64,000 bases of DNA, taken from contig OZ242005.1 of NCBI GenBank assembly GCA_965204725.1, positions 3,104,001-3,168,000 of the forward strand, given 5' to 3'. How positions within the stretch are numbered: position 1 is the first letter of the stretch; every line of letters begins with the position of its first letter. Both the position numbers and the translations under genes were made by a program. This document shows, piece by piece, positions 45,356 to 55,737 of this stretch. This DNA is from Candidatus Latescibacterota bacterium. GTDB lineage: Bacteria > Latescibacterota > UBA2968 > UBA8231. The notes under the pieces were generated by a model that was given only the letters and a program-made list of their open reading frames with translations, did not search any database and was not told the DNA's origin.

Positions 45356-47220
45356 TTAATCTACCTGTCCGTTGATTTCGACCCGATAGATGTACACGCC
45401 GGCGGCCACGTCTTTGCCCGCCTCGTCGCGACCATCCCATACCAACCGATGGCTGCCCGCCCCCAGCGGCCCCTGCCACACCTGACGCACTTGACGACCT
45501 AGCACATCGTACACGGTCAGCGACACGCGCTCCGCGTCCGTTGCCAAATTAAGAGGCAGCACCACCGCCGGATTGAACGGATTGGGATAGCTGTCGCCCA
45601 GCCGATGTTGCGCCGGCAGGACTGCCGCTGGCGTCAGCACGGCGGTCATCTGCCCACTTAGCGGATTCTTGAGGACATGCACACCTCCTAAGGCATGATC
45701 CAACACCACTAAATCCACATCGCCGTCCCCATCGACATCGCCGGGCAACACCGAGACGCCATTCCCTTCCAAGCCCGACGGCACATCCCCGGCTTCCAAG
45801 CGCTCCACGCCCGCGCCACTCAAGCGATGCCATTCCACCGCTCCATTAGGATGCAGGCCACCACCCCAGACGACGAACACGCCAAAACCCAACGCATAGT
45901 CCCCGCCGACGAACACCCAATCGTCCAACCCGTCGGCATTCAGGTCGCACACCACCACCGACGAGCGCAGAAACAGATACTCATCATAGAGCACCGTTTT
46001 TCTTATTCCATCGGGGCGGGAACCGGCCACTCGGAGAACGTCCACACGCCGTTTACGAGGTCCCACCCTTCCAAAAAAGAGTCGTCCTCGTCCACAGGTT
46101 GAGCAAACACTTCCATCTGCCCATCACCATCCCAATCGGCTAAACCTACCAATCGACGATTGGGCTTCTGCACGAGTTGCTGAAACCGGAACTCTTCTCC
46201 GACAGACCAAACTCCGAGGTCCGACCTTTCGAGGCTCATCACCATTTCGGCGCGACCATCGCCGGTCACATCGCCGACAGATAGACTCGGATAATACGAT
46301 AGGTCCGCCAGCGGCTCGGCGCGGACGGTTTCAAACGCGCCCTCTCCGTTGTTGCGCGCCATGACCCAGCCGCCGAGTTGCTCCTCTAGCAGCCAGAAGA
46401 AGGCGCACAGATCGAGGTCGCCATCGCCATCTAAATCGGTCAAGACCCCTTGTTGGGCGTCGCCTAAGAGACGAAATAAGCCTAAGCCTCGCGCAATCGG
46501 ATAGAACACCGGCGGCGCAAAAACCGTAGGGCCTTCAACGCCCAGGTCGAATACCGGCGGCCGAGGCAATTCGCCCTGTAGCACCTCTTCCACCCCGGTC
46601 AACTCAATCCAATCCACTTCCAAGGCTGACACCTTCGTCGAAGCAGGCCGATCCGGCGGCGACTCCGTCATAAACTCCACGACAAAACTCAGTCGAATAT
46701 CATCCAACAACCCTTCCCATAAGGGATAGTACCCGAAGAAATTCTCCTTCATATCGGTCAACGAAAACTCGAACTCCTGCCATTCGGTCGTGTATAACAA
46801 CTCGCCGTAGGTCCCGTTTGCGCTAAGAGAAAACCGACCCCTTTTCGGCAGAGGGTCACCCCCCGGAAACATGAGGTTGTGTTCATTGGTCCATCGGAGG
46901 AGTAAGGCTCCTATCGTTGGACTAAGATGGACCGTGCGGAACCGCACCCGCACCCGGTCGAAAAGGTACGAGTCATGGCCGATCGTCGGAGAAATCAAGG
47001 TGACCCCGGAGCCGCTGTCGCCGTCGGTGCGAAAGGCATCAATCCGCCACACCCCCACTTCGACCGCGCCAGACAATGGGTGAAATTGATGATCCCCCCC
47101 GGCACTACCGGGTTTTTTGGCTCCCCATCCCTGCGTCGTCCCGTCGTCGAAATCCCACCGGATCGCCGTGGCCGGGCTACTCAACAGCACCATCCCTGCA
47201 CATAAGAAAATGAGCAACAC
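45356..47220 (-). pseudogene. FG-GAP repeat protein paralog split by an internal frameshifting deletion
   Basis: ORFs 46003-47220 and 45356-46066 match the N- and C-terminal parts of 42655-44847; about 100 codons missing at 46012-46019. Confidence 0.85.
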
Positions 47221-47232
47221 GACAGCACCTCC

Positions 47233-48372
47233 TATAGCGATCCGAAATGACTTGAAAGATTTAGGTCTGCTTTTTATTTTGTCGTCTGGTTTTCTATCGT
47301 CCTCTTTTTTCGGCGTGTTTTGGTATGGATTCGGATTCGTCCTTAGCCGCGTTTATCGCTAGCAACCCCGATGCCCGTGAACTCAAACGTGCGTTAGCGG
47401 TTCAGATGACCTTGTTGGGCTTCAAACAACGTAGGATTCAAGCGGTTCTCGGCGTTCAGTCGGGCTTCATCAGTACGTGGAAAAAGCGCTATTTATCCGA
47501 GGGGGTCGCCTGCTTTCGTTTGGGCTATAAAGGCTCGCAACCCTATTTGTCGGCCGATCCGCGCGCCTAACTCACCCCGTGGTTGGCAAGCCAATCGCAG
47601 CCTTCGGTGGCGTCGTCAGCCTCCTATATCCAAAGGCCGTTTGGCGTGGTCTTTCGCTCCTCGCAGAGTTATTACGATCTGCTTTCGCAGGCGGGCTATC
47701 GTTGGAAAAAGACCCAAGCTCGTTCGCCCCAAGCCGACCCCCAAGCGGGGATCGCACGGCGCGCCGAGATAAAAAAACTAGCCGCGCATAAGGAGGACCT
47801 CCAAGCGGGTCGTCTCCGTGCCTTTTTTGTCGACGAGTCGCACCTACACTGGGGCGATGCCTGTGGGTATGCTTGGGGACGGTCGGGTCAACGGCGTACG
47901 GTGTGCATTGAAAATGAACGGCAACGGCAAACCTATTATGGGGCCTTGGATGGGGTTAAGGGCACCTTCCTCATGCAAAGCTACCCGAAGGCGAATTCAC
48001 AGCATACGGTGGACTTTATACGCTATATACAACAGCGTCGTCCCGGTCAGCAGGTGTTGATCTTTTGGGATGGGGCGTCCTACCATTATCAACAGGCCAT
48101 GCGGGCTTTTCTCAAAACAATCCAAGCACACCGACCGACCGATGAATGGAAGGTACGCTGTATGCGATGTAGCCCCTTATACACCACAAGAAAATCCCAT
48201 CGAAGATATTTGGTTAAAAGGGAAAACCTTTGTGCGTACTCATGCGTTGTGGACCACAAGCTTTGAACAGATCAAAGACCTATTTGTCGAGGGCATTCGA
48301 CAGAAAAAATACTTCCATTTTCCTAAGTTACAGCAATATATAACATCTCTTAAATGATGTAGAATTGCTATA
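47233..48372 (+). mobile_element. IS630-family insertion sequence (degenerate)
   Basis: Imperfect TIRs TATAGCGATCCGAAATGACTTGAAAGAT vs reverse complement of the right end TATAGCAATTCTACATCATTTAAGAGAT (20/28), TA at both ends; contains the transposase remnant. Confidence 0.8.
47325..48357 (+). pseudogene. IS630 transposase pseudogene
   Basis: HTH N-terminus; DDE motifs VDESH / WDGASYH / ENPIE; in-frame TAA at 47568 and a frameshift near 48170. Confidence 0.85.
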
Positions 48373-48719
48373 GCTTCGTAGAAACCACCAGAAACGCTAC
48401 GATCAAGGAGATCCGTTTTGCTGGCATCCCCAGAAGAGTTTGTTACAATTTGGTCGGCATCGGTTACTTCCCAAACACCATCATTAAGCAACCGCCAAAA
48501 TGGATACTGGGTTCCTTGCTTTAGTCGTCTAGGGCTAAACTCCTATAGTAGTTTCCCAAGTCCCTCATCTACTTCGGAGTATGGAATGAGCCGGCTTTCG
48601 CCACGCAGCAACTTTCCAATTGCATATAGAACCAGCAGGGGTTTGTGCGGTGCCCTTTTTCCCGCACTTCTCCACACACCCAAACTCTCAAACTTCTGAA
48701 TGATTAACTTTCGGTCCAT
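48373..48719 (-). pseudogene. Phosphorothioated-DNA-binding (SBD) HNH restriction nuclease, N-terminal remnant
   Basis: MDRKLIIQKF..KRAPHKPLLVLYAIG...YPFWRLLNDGVWEV; internal TAG at 48543-48545; cut off by the IS630 right end. Confidence 0.75.
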
Positions 48720-48855
48720 TTTTTTAGTTACTAATCAAGGGTGCTAGTGGATTGATCGTGGTCTAGGTAAGTTCCCATGCTGAGAGTTTAAGCTTCACAG
48801 TGTTACGCCCGAATCAAGCCATTCGCCCAAGGAGCGTCAACCCAAAGGCCGCGAC

Positions 48856-50946
48856 TCAATCTCCAATCCACCCCCCAACTCCCAAGTGCCAAGTGCGCCC
48901 CGGAGCGGGTTCAAAGAAGCGGCCTCCAAAGGCGTTGGGAACCACCGAGCCGTTGTACCGAGCACCCGACAAGTTCTCGACCGCGACAAAGGCCCGCACG
49001 GCGCGATAGTCAATCCCCAAGCGCAGATCCATCCGCATATAAGCGCGGTTGAAAAAATCGTCGGGAGAGGCGTCGCTTTGGGGCGGAGGGCCGTTGAAAT
49101 CGTTGGCCCAGTAGCGGCCTACTCGCTCTAATTCGACCTCGGCAAACAGGCCCTGCGGACTCTCGTAGCTCAGGCCGGCAAAGAGCCGGTGGCGCGGCAC
49201 GCCCGGCACCTCGTTGCCAGCAAGCTGAACGAGCACGGAGTCGGCTTCAACTTCGTAGTCCTCGAAAACATAATCGCCAAAGGTGTACGCGAGATCGGCC
49301 CGCAGCCCGGGGCGCGGCACCGCCGACAGCGAGAGTTCCAATCCGCGATTGCGCGCTTGGCCGGCGTTGCGGAAATAAATTTCCTCGCTGTCTGCACGCT
49401 CAACCTGAAAGGGAATGAGCGCGTCGGCGATTTGGAGCTGGTACAGGGCCACCTCCAGATCCAAGCGCGCCCGGCGCACGCGCCAGCCCGTTTCCAACCC
49501 GAGGACGCGCTCAGGGTTTAGATCGGGGTTAAAGCCGCCCTCGCCGCTGGGCCGATTGCCCAACTCAGAGGTCGTGGGCGTCTGAAAGGCCGTGGCAACA
49601 TGGGCATACCAACGGGAGAAGGAGCCGAGGCGATACACCACGCCCGCCATCGGACTGAACTGGCCCATGGTGCGCACATGATCGGCAACGGCAAATCGGT
49701 AGCGGTCGTAGCGGCCGCCCACGGTCGCGGTCAGCGCGGTGCCCAAATTTTGCTCCAAGGCGACAAAGGGGCCTACGCTCCGCACCTGTTCCTCTTGATC
49801 CACTTGGCGGTCGCCGTATTGCACGAGCGAGAAAACGCGCTCGTCTTCTACGCGCACACCTTCGGGCAAGCCCTCGTTGGCGAACTCGCGGCGGTCGTCG
49901 CGCTGGAAGTCCATGTCGAGGCCGGTCACAAGGCGCGTCCCAGCCCAAGCGAATTGGTGTTCGGTGCGTAGGCCGCCCGCCCGGCGGTCGAGCTCGATAA
50001 TCCGCCCCGGGATGGGGTTTTTGAGCGCCCGGCTAACGCCGTACAGCACGAGGCTCGACGCGCGGTGGTGCGGCGCGTGTGGCGGGCGATATTCAAGACG
50101 GATGCCGCCTTGGCCTTGGCGAACCTGCTTGGAGGCCCCCTGCCCCACCACGAACCCGCGGACGCTGCGCGGGCGGGCGCGGGCCGCGTCCGCAGCGAGC
50201 GAACTCGGATTGAACAAATAGGGCGCGTCGTACCAATGCAGCAGGAGCGTCAACTCAGTATGGGGGGTGAGGGTGCGGCCCACGTGCGCGTTGAGGCCGC
50301 GGGCGCGAGCGTGGGCGTGGTCGCGGTAACCTTCGCTGCGCAGGTCATGCACGCTGGCGAACGCATGGGTTTTAGCGGCGCGGCCCGCAAGGCTCGTCTG
50401 CACGCGGAACAGGCCGTTGCTACCGGCGATTAAGCGCGGCGTCACGCGCCAAGCCGCCTCGGCCGGTACTTGGGTGTGGGCCGCGAGCACGCCGCCGCCG
50501 GCATTGCCATACAGCGAAGAGCTGGGGCCGCGCACGATCTCAATGCGGCCCGTTGACCCCAAGTCGAGGTTGTTGAGTTGGCTCTGGCCATCGGGCATGG
50601 TCAGGGGGATGCCGTCGAGCAAGACCTTGATCCCGCGGACGCCAAAGGCCGCCCGCGCTCCTAGGCCGCGTACGCTGAGCCGATCGCCTTGAGAAAGGTT
50701 GTGGCGGTTAGCGACGAACAGCCCGGGTACCGGACGCAGCGACTCGGCGAGCGAGAGGCCGGGCCGGGCGCGCCCGACATCTGCGACCACGGCCGTGGCA
50801 AGCGGCAGGTCAAAACCCTCGCGGGGCGAGCGCGTCGCCGTGATTTCGGTGGGGGGCATTTGGTAGCGGGGCGCGGGATCGTCGGCGCGGACAGCCGCGG
50901 CGATCAAAATTGGTACTAGGCACTGGATTAACTGGTTTTTTTTCAT
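48856..50946 (-). CDS. TonB-dependent receptor
   Basis: ATG 50946 signal peptide; ITATR, SVRGLGAR..FGVRG..LLDGIP, RIEIVRGPSSSLYG, FEPAPGR. Confidence 0.92.
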   Translation of the reverse strand: MKKNQLIQCLVPILIAAAVRADDPAPRYQMPPTEITATRSPREGFDLPLATAVVADVGRARPGLSLAESLRPVPGLFVANRHNLSQGDRLSVRGLGARAAFGVRGIKVLLDGIPLTMPDGQSQLNNLDLGSTGRIEIVRGPSSSLYGNAGGGVLAAHTQVPAEAAWRVTPRLIAGSNGLFRVQTSLAGRAAKTHAFASVHDLRSEGYRDHAHARARGLNAHVGRTLTPHTELTLLLHWYDAPYLFNPSSLAADAARARPRSVRGFVVGQGASKQVRQGQGGIRLEYRPPHAPHHRASSLVLYGVSRALKNPIPGRIIELDRRAGGLRTEHQFAWAGTRLVTGLDMDFQRDDRREFANEGLPEGVRVEDERVFSLVQYGDRQVDQEEQVRSVGPFVALEQNLGTALTATVGGRYDRYRFAVADHVRTMGQFSPMAGVVYRLGSFSRWYAHVATAFQTPTTSELGNRPSGEGGFNPDLNPERVLGLETGWRVRRARLDLEVALYQLQIADALIPFQVERADSEEIYFRNAGQARNRGLELSLSAVPRPGLRADLAYTFGDYVFEDYEVEADSVLVQLAGNEVPGVPRHRLFAGLSYESPQGLFAEVELERVGRYWANDFNGPPPQSDASPDDFFNRAYMRMDLRLGIDYRAVRAFVAVENLSGARYNGSVVPNAFGGRFFEPAPGRTWHLGVGGWIGD

Positions 50947-51011
50947 AGCATTAAAGAACACCACGAAGAAATACCAACGCAACAGACGCAAACCTACATT
51001 GGGGCCAAACC

Positions 51012-51464
51012 ATGAGCGTGGGGATCGCACTGGTGCTGGTGCTGGGCGGGTGCTTTGCCGCAGAGGACGGGCCGCCGAGCGGCGCGGAGGACGGGCTGCA
51101 CAGCGAAGTAGAATTTGTCGAGGACTCAGGACTAGAGGGCAGCGTGTTGATCGACAGCCTGACTTGGTGGCCGCTTTTGCCGCGACTCGCACTAGGGGAG
51201 ACAGCCGAATTCGAGGGGGTCTTTACAGCCGTGTTTCGCAATGTCGGGGCCGCAACCGTGTGGGTGCGCTACGACTTGCGGTTTTTCGACCGGGAGGAAT
51301 TTCTAATCGACGCGTTTATACCGCTTGGGCAGCCGGTCGTCCTCAGTGCCGGGGAAGCGCACCGCGTGGAGGGAGATTTTCTAATTCGCACCGATGATCC
51401 GCGGGATTTTGAGCGGCTCGCCCTGATGCGGCTCGTAGCACGCATTCGGCGACCCGAGGAATAG
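51012..51464 (+). CDS. Hypothetical lipoprotein
   Basis: LVLGGC lipobox-like signal; beta-rich domain; fills the gap between flanking genes. Confidence 0.65.
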   Translation: MSVGIALVLVLGGCFAAEDGPPSGAEDGLHSEVEFVEDSGLEGSVLIDSLTWWPLLPRLALGETAEFEGVFTAVFRNVGAATVWVRYDLRFFDREEFLIDAFIPLGQPVVLSAGEAHRVEGDFLIRTDDPRDFERLALMRLVARIRRPEE

Positions 51465-51467
51465 GAG

Positions 51468-52421
51468 TCAAGTGCCGTCTCGCAGGCCCCCTAGAATAGC
51501 CATGGCGAGCTCCATCGTAGCAAGGGCCTCGTCCAAGTCCGCTGCCGGCGGGCCGATGGGGCGGTCGGCCTTAATGCAGTCGAAGAAGTGGGCCGCTTGT
51601 GCCAGTGTGCTGTCCGTGCCGTCCTTTTGCAAGCACTCGCGCTTCCCGTCGCAGACCAGCTCGCACGTGGAAATTCCCTCTAAATAGGCCGAGATGTCGC
51701 GGCCGTGGATTTCGTAGCGCTCTAAGCGGGCGTCCGTGGTGTAGTTGGCGCAGATCTGGGCGACGCAGTCGTTTTCAAAGACGACCAAAGCGGCGTGGAC
51801 GTCCTTGTACGCGGATGTGCGCCGGACGAAACTGTGAACTTCGGCGACCGGGGCACCACCTAAGTGGCGCACCAAATCAATCGCGTGGATCGGGCTTTCG
51901 AGGAGCATGTTGTCCATGACGATTTCGGGGAAGCGGCCCGCGGCGACAAAACGGCTCATGCTCTTGTGGAACTCGCCGACGAGCTGGTAGATCGGGCCAC
52001 GGGCCGCGATCTCGGCGCGCACTCGCAAAACTAGCGGATCGAAGCGGCGGTTCCAGCCGACCATGCCGCGGGCCCCGCTGGCCTCGGCGGCCTCTTTGAG
52101 CGCACGGGTTTGGTCTAGGCTCAGTCCCGGGGGTTTTTCGAGCAGGGTGTCAATGCCTCGCTCCAAGCACGGCCGGGCCGCCTCGGCGTTGAGATGGGCC
52201 GGGGTAGCCACGATCGCCGCGGCCAATTCCTCGGCGTCGAGCATGGCCTCTATGGTCGCGTAGCGACGCTCAATGCCCCACTCATCGCCCACCTGTTCGC
52301 GGTTTGCCGCAACGGGATCGCAGATGGCGACCAACTCGACATCCGCCAGCGCGTGCAGAGCGCGGACATGACCCCGACCGCGCCCTCCGCAGCCAACTAA
52401 TCCGACCTGTATATTCGCCAT
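51468..52421 (-). CDS. Gfo/Idh/MocA family oxidoreductase
   Basis: VGLVGCG, EKP, VGWNRRF, IHAID. Confidence 0.9.
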   Translation of the reverse strand: MANIQVGLVGCGGRGRGHVRALHALADVELVAICDPVAANREQVGDEWGIERRYATIEAMLDAEELAAAIVATPAHLNAEAARPCLERGIDTLLEKPPGLSLDQTRALKEAAEASGARGMVGWNRRFDPLVLRVRAEIAARGPIYQLVGEFHKSMSRFVAAGRFPEIVMDNMLLESPIHAIDLVRHLGGAPVAEVHSFVRRTSAYKDVHAALVVFENDCVAQICANYTTDARLERYEIHGRDISAYLEGISTCELVCDGKRECLQKDGTDSTLAQAAHFFDCIKADRPIGPPAADLDEALATMELAMAILGGLRDGT

Positions 52422-52448
52422 GTCCGTTCCCCTTTCCCAGCAAAGCGA

Positions 52449-52485
52449 AACGGGCTACGTCTTTTGACGTAACCCGTTGTTTTTT
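52449..52485. terminator. Hairpin downstream of tRNA-Arg(ACG), likely intrinsic terminator
   Basis: AACGGGCTACGTC-TTTT-GACGTAACCCGTT with adjacent T run. Confidence 0.55.
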
Positions 52486-52486
52486 A

Positions 52487-52563
52487 TGGCGCACCCACAG
52501 GGACTCGAACCCCGAACCTTCTGATCCGTAGTCAGGTGCTCTATCCAATTGAGCTATGGGTGC
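52487..52563 (-). tRNA. tRNA-Arg(ACG)
   Basis: GCACCCATAGCTCAATTGGATAGAGCACCTGACTACGGATCAG...GGTTCGAGTCC...GCCA cloverleaf. Confidence 0.95.
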
Positions 52564-52608
52564 ATAGCAAAATGCAGGGTTATAAAATAGACCCAGCCCC
52601 CACGCTCG

Positions 52609-53784
52609 TCAAGGCGCGAGCCGCTCGGACAGAGCCTCCAAGTACTTGTAGCCCGACCCCGTATTGAAGAGCACTACGCGCTCGTCCGCTTCCACCAGTC
52701 CCTGCTCCGCGAGCTTGGTTAGGGCCGCTAGCGTGGCCCCGCCTTCGGGCGCGGGAAAAATGCCGGTGTGCGCCGCCATGTGGTGCGAATGCGCGAGCAA
52801 TTCCTCGTCGCTGACGGCAATTGCGCTGCCACCGCTTTCTCGCAACACCTGCAACATCAGAAAGTCGCCGACCGCGCTGGGGACCCGCAGACCCGAGGCC
52901 ACCGTGTGGGCGGCTTCCCACGGCTGGGCGGATTCATGGCCGAGGGCAAAGGCCCGGACAATCGGCGCACAGCCCTCGGCCTGCACCGAGATCATCCGCG
53001 GCCGGTGCCGACCAATCCAGCCGAGTTGCTCCAGCTCGGCGAATGCCTTCCACATCCCGATCAGCCCCGTGCCCCCGCCGGTGGGATAAATCACCACGTC
53101 GGGCAGCGACCAATCCATCTGCTCAGCCAGCTCGTAGCCCAAGGTCTTCTTGCCCTCAATGCGGTACGGTTCCTTCAGGGTGGACACCTCGAACCACCCC
53201 TCGGCTTCCTTGCGCTCGCCGACGATGCGGCCGCAATCGCTGATTAGCCCGTCAACCAGTTCGACCTCAGCACCGCAAGACCGACACTCGGCGACAAAGG
53301 CCAGCGGTGTGTCGCGGGGCATAAAGACAATCGCCGGCAGGCCACAGGCGGCCGCATAAGCCGCCAAGGCACCACCGGCATTGCCCGCCGTGGGGATGGC
53401 CAGCTTTTTCGCGCCGCGCGTACGGGCACAAGTGACAGCGGCCGAGAGGCCGCGGGCCTTGAAGGAGCCCGTGGGGTTGAGTGATTCGTCTTTGATGTAG
53501 AGCCGGGAAAAGCCCGTCCAGCGCCCCAAACGCTCTGGGCGGTGCAACGGGGTGAAGCCCTCGCCGAGGGAGACGATCTCCTCGGGCGTGCCGATGGGCA
53601 TGACTTCCCGGTAGCGCCACATCGTCGGCGGGCGGGTGCTGAGCGCGGCGCGGGGCAGCGCATGGCCGGCTCGGTCGAGATCGTAGCGGGCGAGGAGGGG
53701 CGCACCGGCCTCCGAGAGGTTGTGCAGCGCGTCGGCGTCGTAGCGTTCGCCCGTGCGGGCACATTCTAGATGCGTCATGAACAT
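52609..53784 (-). CDS. thrC: Threonine synthase
   Basis: SLGEGFTPL, NPTGSFKARG PLP lysine motif, YPTGGGTG, FNTGSG. Confidence 0.85.
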   Translation of the reverse strand: MFMTHLECARTGERYDADALHNLSEAGAPLLARYDLDRAGHALPRAALSTRPPTMWRYREVMPIGTPEEIVSLGEGFTPLHRPERLGRWTGFSRLYIKDESLNPTGSFKARGLSAAVTCARTRGAKKLAIPTAGNAGGALAAYAAACGLPAIVFMPRDTPLAFVAECRSCGAEVELVDGLISDCGRIVGERKEAEGWFEVSTLKEPYRIEGKKTLGYELAEQMDWSLPDVVIYPTGGGTGLIGMWKAFAELEQLGWIGRHRPRMISVQAEGCAPIVRAFALGHESAQPWEAAHTVASGLRVPSAVGDFLMLQVLRESGGSAIAVSDEELLAHSHHMAAHTGIFPAPEGGATLAALTKLAEQGLVEADERVVLFNTGSGYKYLEALSERLAP

Positions 53785-54362
53785 GGGGGGGAGTACAGTC
53801 CTTTCGCCCGGATGTGGGCCTCGACCGCTTCGGGGACCATGTAGCGGATGGGCAGGCCGGCGGCGCGGCGCGTCCTAATCTCGGTCGAGGATAGCTCAAT
53901 GAGCGGAGTGGCTATAAAGCGCAGGCGCACCAGCAGCTTGGGGTCGCCTCCCTCTACCTCGCCCGGGCGCGCACCCGCCACCACCGTACAGTGGGCAAAA
54001 ATGCCTTCGAGGTCGTGCCAAGCGTCGAGCTGGGCGATGTTGTCCGCGCCGATGATGAAAAACAGCGCAGCATGGGGATACCGCTGGTGCAGCAGGCCGA
54101 GGGTTTCGACGGTATAGGACGTGCCCGGGCGGTCTAGCTCCAAGCGCGAGGCCGCAAAGTCGGGGCAGTCGGCCACGGCTAGTTGGACCATGGTCCAGCG
54201 CTCCTCGGCTGGCGCATAGGCACCCTGCTTGAGCGGCGGATCGGCCGCCGGGATGAAGATCACTTCGTCGAGGGGGATTTGCTCTAGGGCGAAGCGGGCC
54301 AAGAGCAGGTGGCCGTGGTGGATGGGGTCAAAGGTGCCGCCGATGACGCCGATGCGCCGCAT
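53775..54362 (-). CDS. nadD: Nicotinate-nucleotide adenylyltransferase
   Basis: GGTFDPIHHGH, SYTVETL, IIGAD, SSTEIR. Confidence 0.95.
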   Translation of the reverse strand: MRRIGVIGGTFDPIHHGHLLLARFALEQIPLDEVIFIPAADPPLKQGAYAPAEERWTMVQLAVADCPDFAASRLELDRPGTSYTVETLGLLHQRYPHAALFFIIGADNIAQLDAWHDLEGIFAHCTVVAGARPGEVEGGDPKLLVRLRFIATPLIELSSTEIRTRRAAGLPIRYMVPEAVEAHIRAKGLYSPPCS

Positions 54363-54364
54363 CT

Positions 54365-55111
54365 TCAGCCCGGCGATTGGCTTAGCTCAGACAAGTGCTT
54401 TTGCACGCCCTCCACCAGCTTTGGGTCGCCGCTGTCTTGTAGCACTTCCTTCCAGTAGCGCACCGCTAGCTCCACATCGCCTTGGGCGTGGGCGATTTCG
54501 CCCATGCGGAGGAGGGTCGTGTAATACCACTCGCCGACATCTGGGTACTCGCGCAGAACTTCCTCATAGGTCATTTTGGCGGCGTCGAGATAGCCCTGTT
54601 TGTGGTATAGGCGGCCGCTCAAGTATTGCTTTTGGGCGAGGCGGTTCCGGCACTCGACAATGCGCTGGCGGGCCTGTTCAGCCAAGGGCGAGTCGAAGTG
54701 GTCCTCAATGAAGTTGCGGAAGGCCGTCAGGGCCTCAAAGGTCTCCTTCTGGTCCAGCTCGGGGCGGCGCAGTTGCTTGAAGTGCGATTCGCCGACCTTG
54801 AACTGCGCCTCGACCGCCCACTCGCTCGACGGATAAATATCGACGATGCGCTGATACTCAAAGGCGGAGTTGACCCAATCGCGGCTGCAAAAGTACGCTT
54901 CGGCGAGGAGAAACTGCGCCTCGGCGACCCGCCGCGAGCCGGGAAAATTGCTGACTAAGCGCTTGAAGTGCTCGGAGGCCTCTAGGCAGCGGTTCTTGGC
55001 CATGGCCTTTTGGCCTTCGGCAAAGTAGTAATCCGCGCCTTGGAGTTTCTCCGACGGCGTGCTGGCACAGGCGGCGACGCCCAGCGCGAGCGAAAAAGCA
55101 AGGTATTTCAT
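54365..55111 (-). CDS. bamD: Outer membrane protein assembly lipoprotein BamD
   Basis: ATG 55111, VAAC lipobox, TPR repeats, ELDQKET..A, RLAQKQY..GRLY. Confidence 0.8.
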   Translation of the reverse strand: MKYLAFSLALGVAACASTPSEKLQGADYYFAEGQKAMAKNRCLEASEHFKRLVSNFPGSRRVAEAQFLLAEAYFCSRDWVNSAFEYQRIVDIYPSSEWAVEAQFKVGESHFKQLRRPELDQKETFEALTAFRNFIEDHFDSPLAEQARQRIVECRNRLAQKQYLSGRLYHKQGYLDAAKMTYEEVLREYPDVGEWYYTTLLRMGEIAHAQGDVELAVRYWKEVLQDSGDPKLVEGVQKHLSELSQSPG

Positions 55112-55113
55112 GG

Positions 55114-55737
55114 CTAGCGGTTGGAAAAGAACAAATAGATGAGCCCACCGAGCACGGTGGATACGATCACAGGTTCGACGAACTTGCTCCACGTTTGTTC
55201 CTCTAACTCGGTCTTGGCGAATTTGAACTGGTCGTGCTGGAGTATGGCTAGCTGCTTTTTGGGGATCCGATCGCGCTGCGTCCGGGTGATTTCGTCCTGC
55301 CAGTGGACCACGTCGTCGCGCTCGTCGCTCAAGCGCAGGGCGAGCGTTACCCGGCCTTGGCGGCGGACCGCGCTGCCGCGCAATCCCGCATGCGCGGAGA
55401 CGCCGAGGTCGAGCACTCGGTAGGACAGGCGCATACTCATCGGTTGGGATGCGGTCGAATCCAAGGTCACGCTAAAGCCGCGCGTTAGCAGCCGGTTGGC
55501 GAGCAGATGCTCAATCATCCAATTGGCGTCGTGCCTGCTCTGCGCCACGACCAACAAGGGGGCGGTCGCGGCGTTGGCCGGCATGTCAATGCGCGTCAAA
55601 CTCGCCTCAACCGCACTCGCCACGGTCTCGACCAACAAGTCCATATTGGTGGGAAAAGGAGCGGCCCTCGACGCAGTGGCACAGACCATCAGCGCGGCCA
55701 AAAGGCGATAACAGACTCGGAGCACGATCGGTCGCAT
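55114..55737 (-). CDS. Hypothetical exported/membrane protein
   Basis: Signal peptide; C-terminal EPVIVSTVLGGLIYLFFSNR TM; coupled to its neighbours. Confidence 0.75.
   Translation of the reverse strand: MRPIVLRVCYRLLAALMVCATASRAAPFPTNMDLLVETVASAVEASLTRIDMPANAATAPLLVVAQSRHDANWMIEHLLANRLLTRGFSVTLDSTASQPMSMRLSYRVLDLGVSAHAGLRGSAVRRQGRVTLALRLSDERDDVVHWQDEITRTQRDRIPKKQLAILQHDQFKFAKTELEEQTWSKFVEPVIVSTVLGGLIYLFFSNR

Noticed and set aside
47766-47780. A7 run as a programmed IS630 frameshift site
   Set aside because: The transposase frame continues through it; the real breaks are a stop at 47568 and an indel near 48170
48240-48491. 83-aa minus-strand ORF as an independent gene
   Set aside because: It is the post-stop part of the SBD pseudogene running into IS sequence
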